Origin: Adineta vaga
Lineage: Eukaryota; Animalia; Rotifera
Assembly (NCBI GenBank): GCA_021613535.1
Contig: CP075494.1
Location: 15,314,001-15,378,000 of the forward strand
Direction: 5' to 3'
DNA: 64,000 nucleotides
Position 1 is the first letter of the stretch, and the number at the start of each line of letters is the position of its first letter. This document shows, piece by piece, positions 53,882-64,000 of this stretch. A model generated the notes under the pieces. It had not been told where the DNA came from. It worked only from the letters and a program-made list of their open reading frames with translations, and made no database searches. Position numbers and translations under genes: made by a program.

Positions 53882-55633
53882 TTAATTCCACTCATCTTTT
53901 GGTGAATTCGATTGCACATCATTGGAATTTGTTGGTAATAATGGTGAATGAGATCTCGAAAGAACAAGAGGCTCATCGGAATTACCCAGAAGATTTTTCT
54001 TTCGTGATGTACGTAATCGTTCATTTTCACGTTGTAAAACATCACTTCGTGTACGTTCTTTTTCTAATTCATCACGAGCATTACGAAGCTAGAAAATAAA
54101 AATCCTTGTTTTACAAGCTGGACAAATTTCAAAGAAGAGAAAATGATTTACTTCACGTTGTAATCCTCTTCGTTCTTGTTTTAGTTCATTTTCTACACGT
54201 TCACCATCATCTAATTGTTGTTTATATCGTCCAAGTTGAGCTTCATAACGTTTATTCTATGAAAAGATTTTCTTTTCTCTTCTACAAATACAATTTGCTC
54301 TTTTACCTCTTGTTGTAGTGATCCATTATCAGTATCTAATCGTTGTAATCGATTCTTTAACGTAATGATTTCTTTTGTTAATTGTTCTACAAAATAAACA
54401 AAACTTATTTGTTGAATTTCGAATATTTTCATTACTTTGTTGTTCGGAATCACAAACATTTTGATTATGTAATTCATTTGAATCGATTCGAAATTCATTA
54501 AATCTTTTCAAACGAATTTTTTCTTCATCTAATTCGGATCGTAATCGAATCAATTCATCGTATTCATCACGTTTTTCATTTAATATTCGTTCTAATTTTT
54601 GATCAATCGAACCATTAGCAAATGAATTCAGTAATAATAATGTTTTACGAGATTTAATTTCCGTTGGTAAAACCGATGAAAATCTTTGTTCTTCACATTC
54701 CTAAGAAAAATATTCTATCAAATGAACAATTCTTCGATCTTACTTCAATTAATCGTTCACATCTCATTAACATTTCTTTCATTTCATTGGAATCTTGTTT
54801 AAAATCGGACAATGTTCGTTTTTGTACATCCAATTCCTAAATAAAACAAATGAATTATCCAATTAAAGATGAAAAAAATTCTTACTCGACATTTTTCTTT
54901 TAATTGTCTTTTACTTTGATTTAATATTTCACCATATTCTTCTAATTGATCTTTATACAAATCCACTTGATAATATAACGCTTGTTTTTCATTAAATATA
55001 CTCGAATTACTTATCATTAATGACTTATATCTTGATTCAAGCTCACTCAATAAACGCTAGAAGAAAAAATAATTGAAAAATTATTATAAAAAGCAAATGA
55101 AGCAAACCCGTAAATCACGTTGTTCGATTGTACGAAGATCAATATCTCCATTAAGGAACTTTTGAAGTAACAATGAATTCGCATTTGTACTTAGGGTACC
55201 GATCGTTCCCGACTAAATAAAAAGTTTTCTTTCGAAGGATAAAAGAAACGAGATTTTACTTTAATTGAACCCATCGGTGTTGAGGGTGAATGAGAAGTTG
55301 TTGGTGAATCTTCATCATTATCCTAAATGTATATGTAAGATGAGAAATTTACGAGAGAAGAAAGTTACATCAGGTGCATTTCTTTCTAATTCTTTATGCC
55401 GATATTGACGTGCGGCGCGATTTTGTTCACGCTGATTATGAAGACGAAGTTCAGCCTTGAAAAAAAGAAAATTTTGACGATATTTTTCCAACTCATTTCA
55501 AAAATTATACTTCTTTTGCAATTGCATCCAGAGCATCTTCTTCAGCAAATGATGTATTATTTTGATCGTATGATTGAGGAGATCCTGTAATTGTTGTTGA
55601 TTCTCGATATCGACTCACTGTTGAAGAACTCAT
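53882..55633 (-). CDS. LRRFIP2: Leucine-rich repeat flightless-interacting protein
   Basis: AEEDALDAIAKEAELRL..RAARQYRHKELER and LSELESRYKSLMISNSSIFNEKQALYYQVDLYKDQLE match the LRRFIP coiled-coil motifs. Confidence 0.8.
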
Positions 55634-56007
55634 TACATTCCTTTTATGTTCTAAAGAAAAAACAAACGAGAGTTTTATCAGATTCTCTTTCTATGTAATA
55701 GTAACAGAATGATAAGAGAAGTAAAATGAATTCGAAATTAGATTTCATCGTCACTTAATTGGAGATCGATTACACTATTCTTACGAATTGAAAAACTATT
55801 CGATTTCTTCTCGACAATGCTATCGATACTTTGAAATTACTATACAAAGAAAAAAATCGGTCAATTTATTAGATGATATTTATCGTTGAATAGATGTCAT
55901 CAGTTGTTTGCCATCTAAACGATGTACTTTAGAATAGTTGGTATTATCATTCTTGAAGTAGCATCGTTTCCTTTTCGTTCGCACTATATGAAAGATTGAT
56001 TCTTTTT

Positions 56008-56272
56008 TATACAAAGGTTGCACTCCTTTAATCATTCTCTGATATTTAATGATTGTGAATATTCTCTTTTCGTACACAATACATTTTTCGATGATTACAA
56101 TGCTTTGCTTTATAATTCTATTGTTTCTATTACCGATATCGTGGACGTATATTCCACCGAAAATCACTGTTCGTAGATTATCAGATCAACCAATCATCTC
56201 TTTTATACAGCACTCTATTGGCTTTCTTCACATGACTGGAGTGCCCATGCTGCTGCATTAGCGGTTAATAAT
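56008..56272 (+). pseudogene. Collapsed duplicate of the GH130 gene (5' part plus two internal fragments)
   Basis: 56037-56204 is identical to 58616-58783. 56205-56262 resembles 59076-59130. A short stretch resembling 59293-59302 follows. Confidence 0.9.
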
Positions 56273-56541
56273 AGTTACAAATCAGTTAAGGCTCGAGTCT
56301 TTCGAGCCTAGCACTTCCACCGCTCATGCAAAACATATGATTTATAATTTCATCTATTCGTAGATAAACAAACAAAATAGAGATGTCTAATACTCGCTAT
56401 ATCAAACGTCCTCAAGTAAAATTGCGAATGTTTTCCGATGAATGCAACTTCCATAACTGTATAGCTTAATCAAAACTAATGGTAAATCAATCATTCTATA
56501 ATCCTAACATATAACTAACAAAATAAGAATCTGACTACAAT

Positions 56542-57283
56542 CAGTGTTTTATCTAGTGGGCGGCATGGGTGGGCGCCGCCTACCCTAAAATATAAAGTTC
56601 ATAAATACAAAAATTGATATTTTCTCCGTTGTCTTATTCACGATGGTTTGATCGATACTCATATCAATCAGTGATATGTAGGTTATCTTTTCCCAACAAG
56701 AGACATGTATCCACAGTTATCATTAGCTGATGAAATATTTTTTATGTGCACCAATTAGTAAAGCAACAGTGGAACGTGATTTCAGTACCCTGGAAAAAAG
56801 GTTCTGCAGAAGACCAAAAGCTTCCAGTTGATTCAAAAGTTCCAAAAAACCAAACATCAAATTAACCAGAGCCTTTTTTGTGGGTTCGAGAGAGCTCCTT
56901 TTTTTTCAGAATACAATGAACAAAATATTAGCTGATTTACGTAATCGTTTAAGAACAGAACATTTGGAACAATTAATGAAAATATCAATTGAAGGACTAT
57001 CTAATTTAGATGATGATATCAAAGATTTAATTACTGATAGCTGAAAAAATAAAAAAGTTAGAAGAATTTCAGTTTAACTTGCATCTTCTTTCATTGAAGA
57101 TGTTTTGTTCTTTTTTAATATTTTTCGGATTGTATCTTTAATAGGAGAAAAATTGTAATTATGTTGGAAAAAAATAAATGAAGTTTTGTTGTAATTTATT
57201 ATAGAACAAAACATTTTTTAGATAATAGCCCATCCTAAAACACCAGCCGCCCACGCGAAGAATGAAACCTAGATAAAACACTG
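56542..57283 (+). mobile_element. Internally deleted hAT transposon carrying a C-terminal dimerisation-domain remnant
   Basis: 15-bp perfect TIRs CAGTGTTTTATCTAG/CTAGATAAAACACTG. Internal translation ..CAPISKATVERDFSTMNKILADLRNRLRTEHLEQLMKISIEG is hATC-like. No 8-bp TSD is retained. Confidence 0.85.
56788..56911. mobile_element. 124-bp MITE with TA target duplication nested in the hAT remnant
   Basis: TA|CCCTGGAAAAAAGG...CCTTTTTTTTCAGAA|TA. Removing it plus one TA restores the codons F-S-T-M-N. Confidence 0.8.
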
Positions 57284-57357
57284 CATATATTAAAATATGT
57301 TTCTGTAAGTTATTCTTTTTTTAATTTACTATATTTTTCTTAATACTCTTTATTTAG

Positions 57358-57870
57358 GTAAAAACCAGCAAATTATTACAAGAAAATAGTATGATATTTA
57401 GTCAAATGGATATAATTAAAAAAGCAAATGATGAATTGATCGAACAAAAGAAAGTTCAACGAGTACAGAATTGAATAAAAAAATTCAAGAGTTTGAAGAA
57501 CAAGAATTAAGAAGAATAGAAAAGGGAAAACATCAAGAATGGCAAATCTCGATTTATGATTTATTTTCGATACCCAGAGAATGTTTACTTGAAGAATTGA
57601 AGCGAAATAACCTTTCAGAAGATCAAATGAATATCTTTTCAAAATTAAAAATTGGTGTAACTAAATTATCATCTTAACGGGAAAAAATCTGCAAAGGAAG
57701 TTTTTCATCTGAATAGTGATCTTAGAAAACACGCCGTTGAATATAAAAATTATAATTTAAAAGAATTTTTGGAAAAATTAAATATGCATCCTCCTAATGA
57801 AGAAGAGCAGGTACTATTACAAACGATTTTAATTAAGATTTGTCAAATACTAAAGGAAGAAGATTTATAG
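57358..57870 (+). pseudogene. Broken exon of an unknown gene
   Basis: An acceptor TTTAG is followed by coding-like sequence (IQEFEEQELRRIEKGKHQEWQISIYDLF...) with stops and frameshifts. Confidence 0.3.
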
Positions 57871-58627
57871 TACACAAGATACATCAGCTACAGTTACGAG
57901 AATATTTTATTATATGAAAAAAGAATCTTGATGTTAATAATTTTAGTTGATTACAAGTAATGAATTAAGTATTCATTTTTGTTTAATCCGCTCGTTTTAT
58001 AAGTCAAAAACGAATACAATATCTTCCTTTAATTTCATGCAAGTTAAATTTGAAATTATATGAATCGTTTCCGGCTAATACAAAGTATACATATATATTC
58101 TCGTACAGAATTTCAGGGTTGATTGTTCGACTCAGCAAATATAACATGAGGATTGATAATCACATAGTTATTAACGTTTCCTCTTTGTATGTTTAAATTA
58201 TTTATGCGAGAGAAATCGATATTGTTGTTTTTTATTTTAAAGCGAAATATAACAAAGATTTCTCAACAAAACAAATTCAGTATTTTTATTTTCTAAAGAA
58301 AAGAAAAAGTGAATTGTCAAACTGATACTTTGTTGAATTTAGTTGCCTATCATTTTCAATTTGTAAAACCTTTTTAGCATAAAGTGGCAAATGTCAGATA
58401 TTACATATCTATTGTTGCTTTTCTTCTAGATTACGAGGTGGGATGGAAAGGGCGAAGGTATAAATGTTGGTGGTGAAAAAGAACACATTCTCATCCATAC
58501 CCATACCCATATCCTGCAAGAGAACATAGATTGCACTCATTTGTAATGCAAATTATTCAGTTTTTTAATCTTGCTTTGGACAAGTATATACAAATGCTGG
58601 ATTCTTCTAATAATCCTCTGATATTTA

Positions 58628-59746
58628 ATGATTGTGAATATTCTCTTTTCGTACACAATACATTTTTCGATGATTACAATGCTTTGCTTTATAATTCTAT
58701 TGTTTCTATTACCGATATCGTGGACGTATATTCCACCGAAAATCACTGTTCGTAGATTATCAGATCAACCAATCATCTCTTTTTGGTCGAATCAATCTCA
58801 ATTTCGTTTTAATTATAATAGTGCATTTCTTCCTTTACCTGATGGTAGTATTGCACTTGTTGTTCGTGTTCAAGATTTATTACCAAATGCAACATCAAAT
58901 TATGATGTCGGTCCATCGAAATTAGCTATTGTCAAACAAGTAGATAAAAGTCTAACTGATTATGAATATGTTCATAATGCACAAATAATTATTGATTCTG
59001 AAGATCGTCCTTATCAAATAGCAGGTGTAGAAGATCCTCGAATAACAATTATAAATGGAAGTTATTATCTCTTTTATACAGCAGTCTATTGGACTTCTTC
59101 GCATGAATGGAGTGCTCATGCTGCATTAGCAATTTGTGATTCGGGTAAAGACCCAACGAAGAAAGGAAATTGGATTTTACATCCGCCTTTATTTCCGGAA
59201 TTATCCTGGAGTAAAGCTGCAACATTGCTCGTTCATAATGCTACACATCAATATGTTTTCTTCAATGAATCGAATATTGAATTAGCATTAGCAGTGAATA
59301 ATGATCTTTGTCATTATCGATATCGGAATGAGACATTCATTCACATACGTTCGGATTATTTCGATAGTGAATTAGTTGAACCGGGTCCTGAGCCACAACG
59401 TTTAAGTGATGGAAATTATCTTTTTCTATATAATTCAGCAAGACGTTTACCGTTACCAAATAATCATTTAAAACCAAATTGGGATCGAGAATATAATCTT
59501 GGTTGGGTTATTATGGATGGAAAAGATCCGACAAACATTTTAGCACGAAGTGATCAACCAATATTAGTACCGGAATTAGATTGGGAACGATGTGATTTAG
59601 AATCAGGTGAATGGGCTAAGCGAGGTCTTACACCACGAGTTATCTTTGCTGAAGGATGGAAACAAACATCAACAGATCGATTTTTATTATGGTATCAAGG
59701 TTGTGATGCAGTTACTGGACTAGCAGAAGTTATTATCGAATTTTAA
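58628..59746 (+). CDS. Secreted glycoside hydrolase family 130 (beta-mannosidase-like, five-bladed propeller), intronless, bacterial-type
   Basis: Signal-like LCFIILLFLLPISWT, then FNYNSAF, GVEDPRI, YYLFYTA, WSKA, FDSELVEPGPEP, YNLGWVIMDGKDPTNILARSDQPILVPELDWE and VIFAEG. The true start may be a downstream Met (58670 or 58679). Confidence 0.85.
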   Translation: MIVNILFSYTIHFSMITMLCFIILLFLLPISWTYIPPKITVRRLSDQPIISFWSNQSQFRFNYNSAFLPLPDGSIALVVRVQDLLPNATSNYDVGPSKLAIVKQVDKSLTDYEYVHNAQIIIDSEDRPYQIAGVEDPRITIINGSYYLFYTAVYWTSSHEWSAHAALAICDSGKDPTKKGNWILHPPLFPELSWSKAATLLVHNATHQYVFFNESNIELALAVNNDLCHYRYRNETFIHIRSDYFDSELVEPGPEPQRLSDGNYLFLYNSARRLPLPNNHLKPNWDREYNLGWVIMDGKDPTNILARSDQPILVPELDWERCDLESGEWAKRGLTPRVIFAEGWKQTSTDRFLLWYQGCDAVTGLAEVIIEF

Positions 59747-60849
59747 TGAAGCAAAGTATCCAGAAAGTATCATGAACATCTTTTTGTACTTGAATGATTA
59801 ATTCTAAATGAGATTCTCAATATAATCATAGAAGTCTATCTTACTAAAGAGATACTCTTCTCATCATATAGAATGAAACATCGTTAAAAGATCATTTGAT
59901 GTCGACGGTTATGAAAACAAAGACGATGTTTTTATTAATCTATTGAAATCTCTATTACAATAGATATTGCTATATATTGAGAACAACAATCTTATGAACT
60001 ATACTCGTTAGTTATATAAAAATAATTAGTTTTCCTTGTACAAATGAAATTACATCGTCTGTCTGAATTATTTTGATTTTCATCATGTTTTAGGTCTGAT
60101 TATTTATTTTTGTGTTTCTGTCACTCTATCAGTTTATCTTGACATTTTTATAAACTGTTAGTGACAAGAACTTTTAAATTTATATAAAACACATGCTATC
60201 ACAAGGCAAAATATAAAAGGTAATGAATGAAAGCTGCAGATGAGAAGAAAGATACTGTTCTTACAAAATGAGATTACTGATTCATTTGTCTCTGGACTTG
60301 TCGATCATATAAAAACGAAGATTATTTTCATAATCAATTATCTTCAATCGAAACAAGACTAAAATACATGTTTGTATTATAATTTCGAGATTATTCTCTG
60401 TAAATTTAACTACTTAATCTGAATTAGATGAAGGTTGACCTTTTACATCATTGCTGAGTACAGAATAACTTGTTTTAATGATACAGGTTAAGAATAGAAT
60501 GCAGTAAAAGTTTTTTCGCTCAATTTCTTTTCTTCCAATGCTCACGTTGAACATTAAAATAAAGATATTACGGATTCCTACATTATAATCTATACATACT
60601 TGTAAGATTCAATAAATGAATCGATAATGATTGGAAGAATATATTCTAATTCATACATACAGTCTTTTCATAATATAATTGCTCTGCTTACTGATAAACA
60701 AAGACATGTCGCCTATTGACGTATATAACTATTTTGAAAGGTCAATAAAACATTCTTTTTCCTTTCACTTCTATTTGTACTACGAAAGTTATAAATATCG
60801 AAGTTATTTGTTTCATTCTTGTCCTTACTGTTATTCAAATACATTCTCG

Positions 60850-62112
60850 ATGATATCATCTGATATTCCTCGACGGCAAATTGCAGCAATTACCTGCGAG
60901 TGTAAAGTTTGCGGAGGAACTGCTCGATATTCATATTACGGCGCCATTGTTTGTCATTCATGTCGAATATTTTTTCGACGAACTGCAACTTATAATAAAG
61001 TTAGTTGAACATTTTCCTCAAACTTCATCTATTGATCTATTTAGACAAAGAAAACATGTGAGAATGAGAATAAATGTGAAATTAATCTCAATAATCGGCA
61101 TATTTGTTCACCATGTCGATTGACAAAATGCTTTGCAATTGGAATGAACCGTGAAATGATACGATCTTCTTTGTCACAAAATCGAAAGGGAAAATCAATT
61201 AATCATATAAACATAACATCTCCTATAAGCTCATCAAAGAAACAACCTTATGAACAGGTACAATCACTTATTCAATAGAATCATCTTACGACAATTACTA
61301 TTAATGAGAACTTATTCAGCATATTCTTTTTATGTTTCAAAAATTTACTAAATATCTTGTAATTTTAGATTCCAACGTTAAATCTTCTTCAATCCGATCA
61401 ATCAATCTTATCGATCGAGCAATGGAATCTTCTTTCTAATTTAATTCATTCCTTTGATCAATATAGTGGATATTCATATGTACTTAACTTTATTCAAGAA
61501 CAAAATACATTACCTCTCAAACTACGATACAGATATTCAGCAGTTAGTGAGTTTTTCACATCCATGATGAATCAAATTCAATGTGTTTTTGAAAAGAATC
61601 GTGATTTTCTATCTTTATCAACGAACGATCGAACGATATTACTTCGAATTACAGCTGAATATACATCAAGTATAGGTGGAATCTTTCTATTATATCAAAG
61701 TCATTTATTCGATTATTCATTGTTCTATCAATCAACGCAGACTATCTTCTCATCAAATTCAACAGCTACTATAAAACGTGTGATTGATCATCTTGATTCT
61801 GACGATACATTTATCAAATTAGTTCTTGCGCTTCTAGCTTTTTCAACAACGAATTATACAATTTATTCAGGATCTATGTCTCACCTGATCGACAGCAATG
61901 CAATTCTTCCAACTCAAAATTTGTACACGGAAATAACTTGGCGATATCTTTTACATAAATACAATCAAAATGAAGCTGTTGTACGATTTATGAATGTTAT
62001 AAGATGTATGTTATTGGTGAATAGGGTAATTGTTGAAGCACATGACTCCCAACAATTTATGGAGATCGTTGATGGTATTATCGAGCAAAGTGAACGAAAA
62101 CTTTATGTTTAG
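60850..62112 (+). CDS. Nuclear hormone receptor (C4 zinc-finger DBD + divergent LBD), 3 exons
   Basis: CKVCGGTARYSYYGAIVCHSCRIFFRR|..CEINLNNRHICSPCRLTKCFAIGM, then LBD IPTLNLLQSD..DFLSLSTNDRTILL. Confidence 0.88.
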
Positions 62113-62984
62113 TTAGAAAAATAAAAGAGCAGATGTTCTTTATTCTATTTTGAATACGTTGTTTTAACGTAGATTTTGTTCTTTATTAGAGAATGAGTTT
62201 ATTGAAGTTGACTATATTGATCGATGTTCATCACAAATTCATACTTGTAAACACTTGTCAGTTTTTAGGAAAGCGTATTCAATACTGAAGTCTTCTTTGA
62301 AAAGATCAGTATAGCGCAGACAGATGTAAAGTCAATTCTCTAGTTTTCATTATATCAAAGAAAATGTACCTTCGTTTTATATCGACATTCATCTATCTTT
62401 CTTATCAAGTAATAAATGACATATACAAATCGACATGAAATCATCTTTTTTTCGTTCATTCTTGTCTATTTAGGAGACATTATTTGGAATGATTCATCTT
62501 CAAACCGATAAGACTTTGTCATACTATAGAATAAGTCGAATTTCGATATAATTTCACATCGATTAATCAGTAAAAATACAAACTAATAACTGATGTGATA
62601 CAATACTTCGAAAAAACACTCTGTTAAATAAACTTTCCCAATATGACCCACTTGAATTTTCTAAACTAAATATTTACTTATCCAATATAAAATATTCTTC
62701 TTACAAGCAAAGGATTTTCTCTGATCATCGTAAGATAAAAAATTCAATAATTTAACCTATTCCTTCGTATCATTGAGCAATATAATCTTTTCTCTCGGTA
62801 GATAACTTTTCTGCTACAATAAAGGTCAAAAACATTTTCTTTTCCTATCCTGCATGTTCTTTCTTATTTATTTGTGCACTCAAACTAGAAGTATGTGCGT
62901 CGTTTGCTTGAAGTGTTTTTCCTTCATAAATGGCGATTCTTTCCATTTTCTTAAATCCAAAATTTAGATTTGAATCTTTAATCA

Positions 62985-64000
62985 ATGTCATCGAATATTA
63001 TTCAACGGCAGAGAAGAACGTATCCATCTCAGTGTAGAATCTGTGGAGCATCTGCTCAATATTCATATTACGGCGCCATTGTTTGTCATTCATGTAAAGT
63101 ATTCTTTCGACGAAATATTCTTAATATCATAGTTAAGTTCGAACGAATAATCTTGGAATATTTTTGATTATTTATATTTATTTAGACAAAAAAGACATGT
63201 GATTTTGGAAATATATGTGAAATTAATCTGAATAATCGACATATTTGTTCACCATGTCGATTGGCTAAATGTTTAGCGATAGGAATGAAAAAAGAACTTA
63301 TTCGTGGTCCACAGTTATCATGTCATGAAAAACGTCAGAAGAAATATTCAACTAGTGATACAACTGTGGCAGCTCTTGTTACATTCACAAATAAATATCG
63401 ACAGAAACAGGTACGGATATTTGTTAATTAAATTCAATGGTTCCTATTTTAATATCTTGTGATTTTAGATTCCAACGTTAAATCTTCTTCAATCCGATCA
63501 ATCAATCTTATCCATCGAGCAATGGAATCTGCTTTCTAATTTAATTCATTCCTTTGATCAATATAGTGGATATTCATATGTACTTAGCTTTATTCAAGAA
63601 CAAAATACTTTACCTCTCAAACTAAGATACAGATATTCAGCAGTTAGCGAGTTTTTCACATCCATGATGAATCAAATTCAATGTGTTTTTGAAAAGAATC
63701 GTGATTTTTTATCTTTATCGACGAACGATCGAACGATACTACTTCGAATAACAGCTGAATATACATCAAGTATAGGTGGAATCTTTCTATTGTATCAAAG
63801 TCATTTATTCGATTATTCATTGTTCTATCAATCAACTCAGACTATCTTCTCATCAAATTCAACAGCTACAATAAAACGTGTCATTGGTCATCTTGATTCT
63901 GACGATACATTTATCAAACTAGTTCTTGCGATTCTAGCTTTTTCAACAACGAATTATACAATTTATTCAGGATCTATGTCTCACCTGATCGATAGTAATG
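62985..64000 (+). CDS. Nuclear hormone receptor, tandem paralog (runs off the window)
   Basis: CRICGASAQYSYYGAIVCHSCKVFFRR|..CSPCRLAKCLAIGM. The LBD exon is ~96% identical to the previous gene at an offset of 2100 bp. Confidence 0.88.

Overview
This is AT-rich eukaryotic genomic DNA with many 50-65 bp GT-AG introns. It most likely comes from a bdelloid rotifer, inferred from intron size, lineage-expanded gene families and bacterial-type genes sitting among metazoan ones. Conserved metazoan genes are POLR3G/RPC7, UBE2J2, NEK6/7, SFMBT, ANKFN1, SF3A3, LRRFIP, a BTB-BACK gene and two tandem nuclear receptors. Two genes look horizontally acquired: a YihY/BrkB membrane protein that has gained an intron, and a secreted intronless GH130 glycosidase. 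An accessory zone (~7-33 kb) holds MITEs, pseudogenes, a tandem cluster of MAM-like/mucin-stalk membrane proteins and an F-box gene. The LRR domain of that F-box gene is a 141-bp tandem array (84-bp phase-0 exon plus near-identical 57-bp intron). Its variation is concentrated on the predicted binding face and is reassorted between units, making it a candidate cassette-based system for diversifying ubiquitin-ligase recognition. Sharp-edged patches of near-identity between paralogs and microhomology-bounded deletions recur across the window. All gene models were assembled by eye and no database searches were run.
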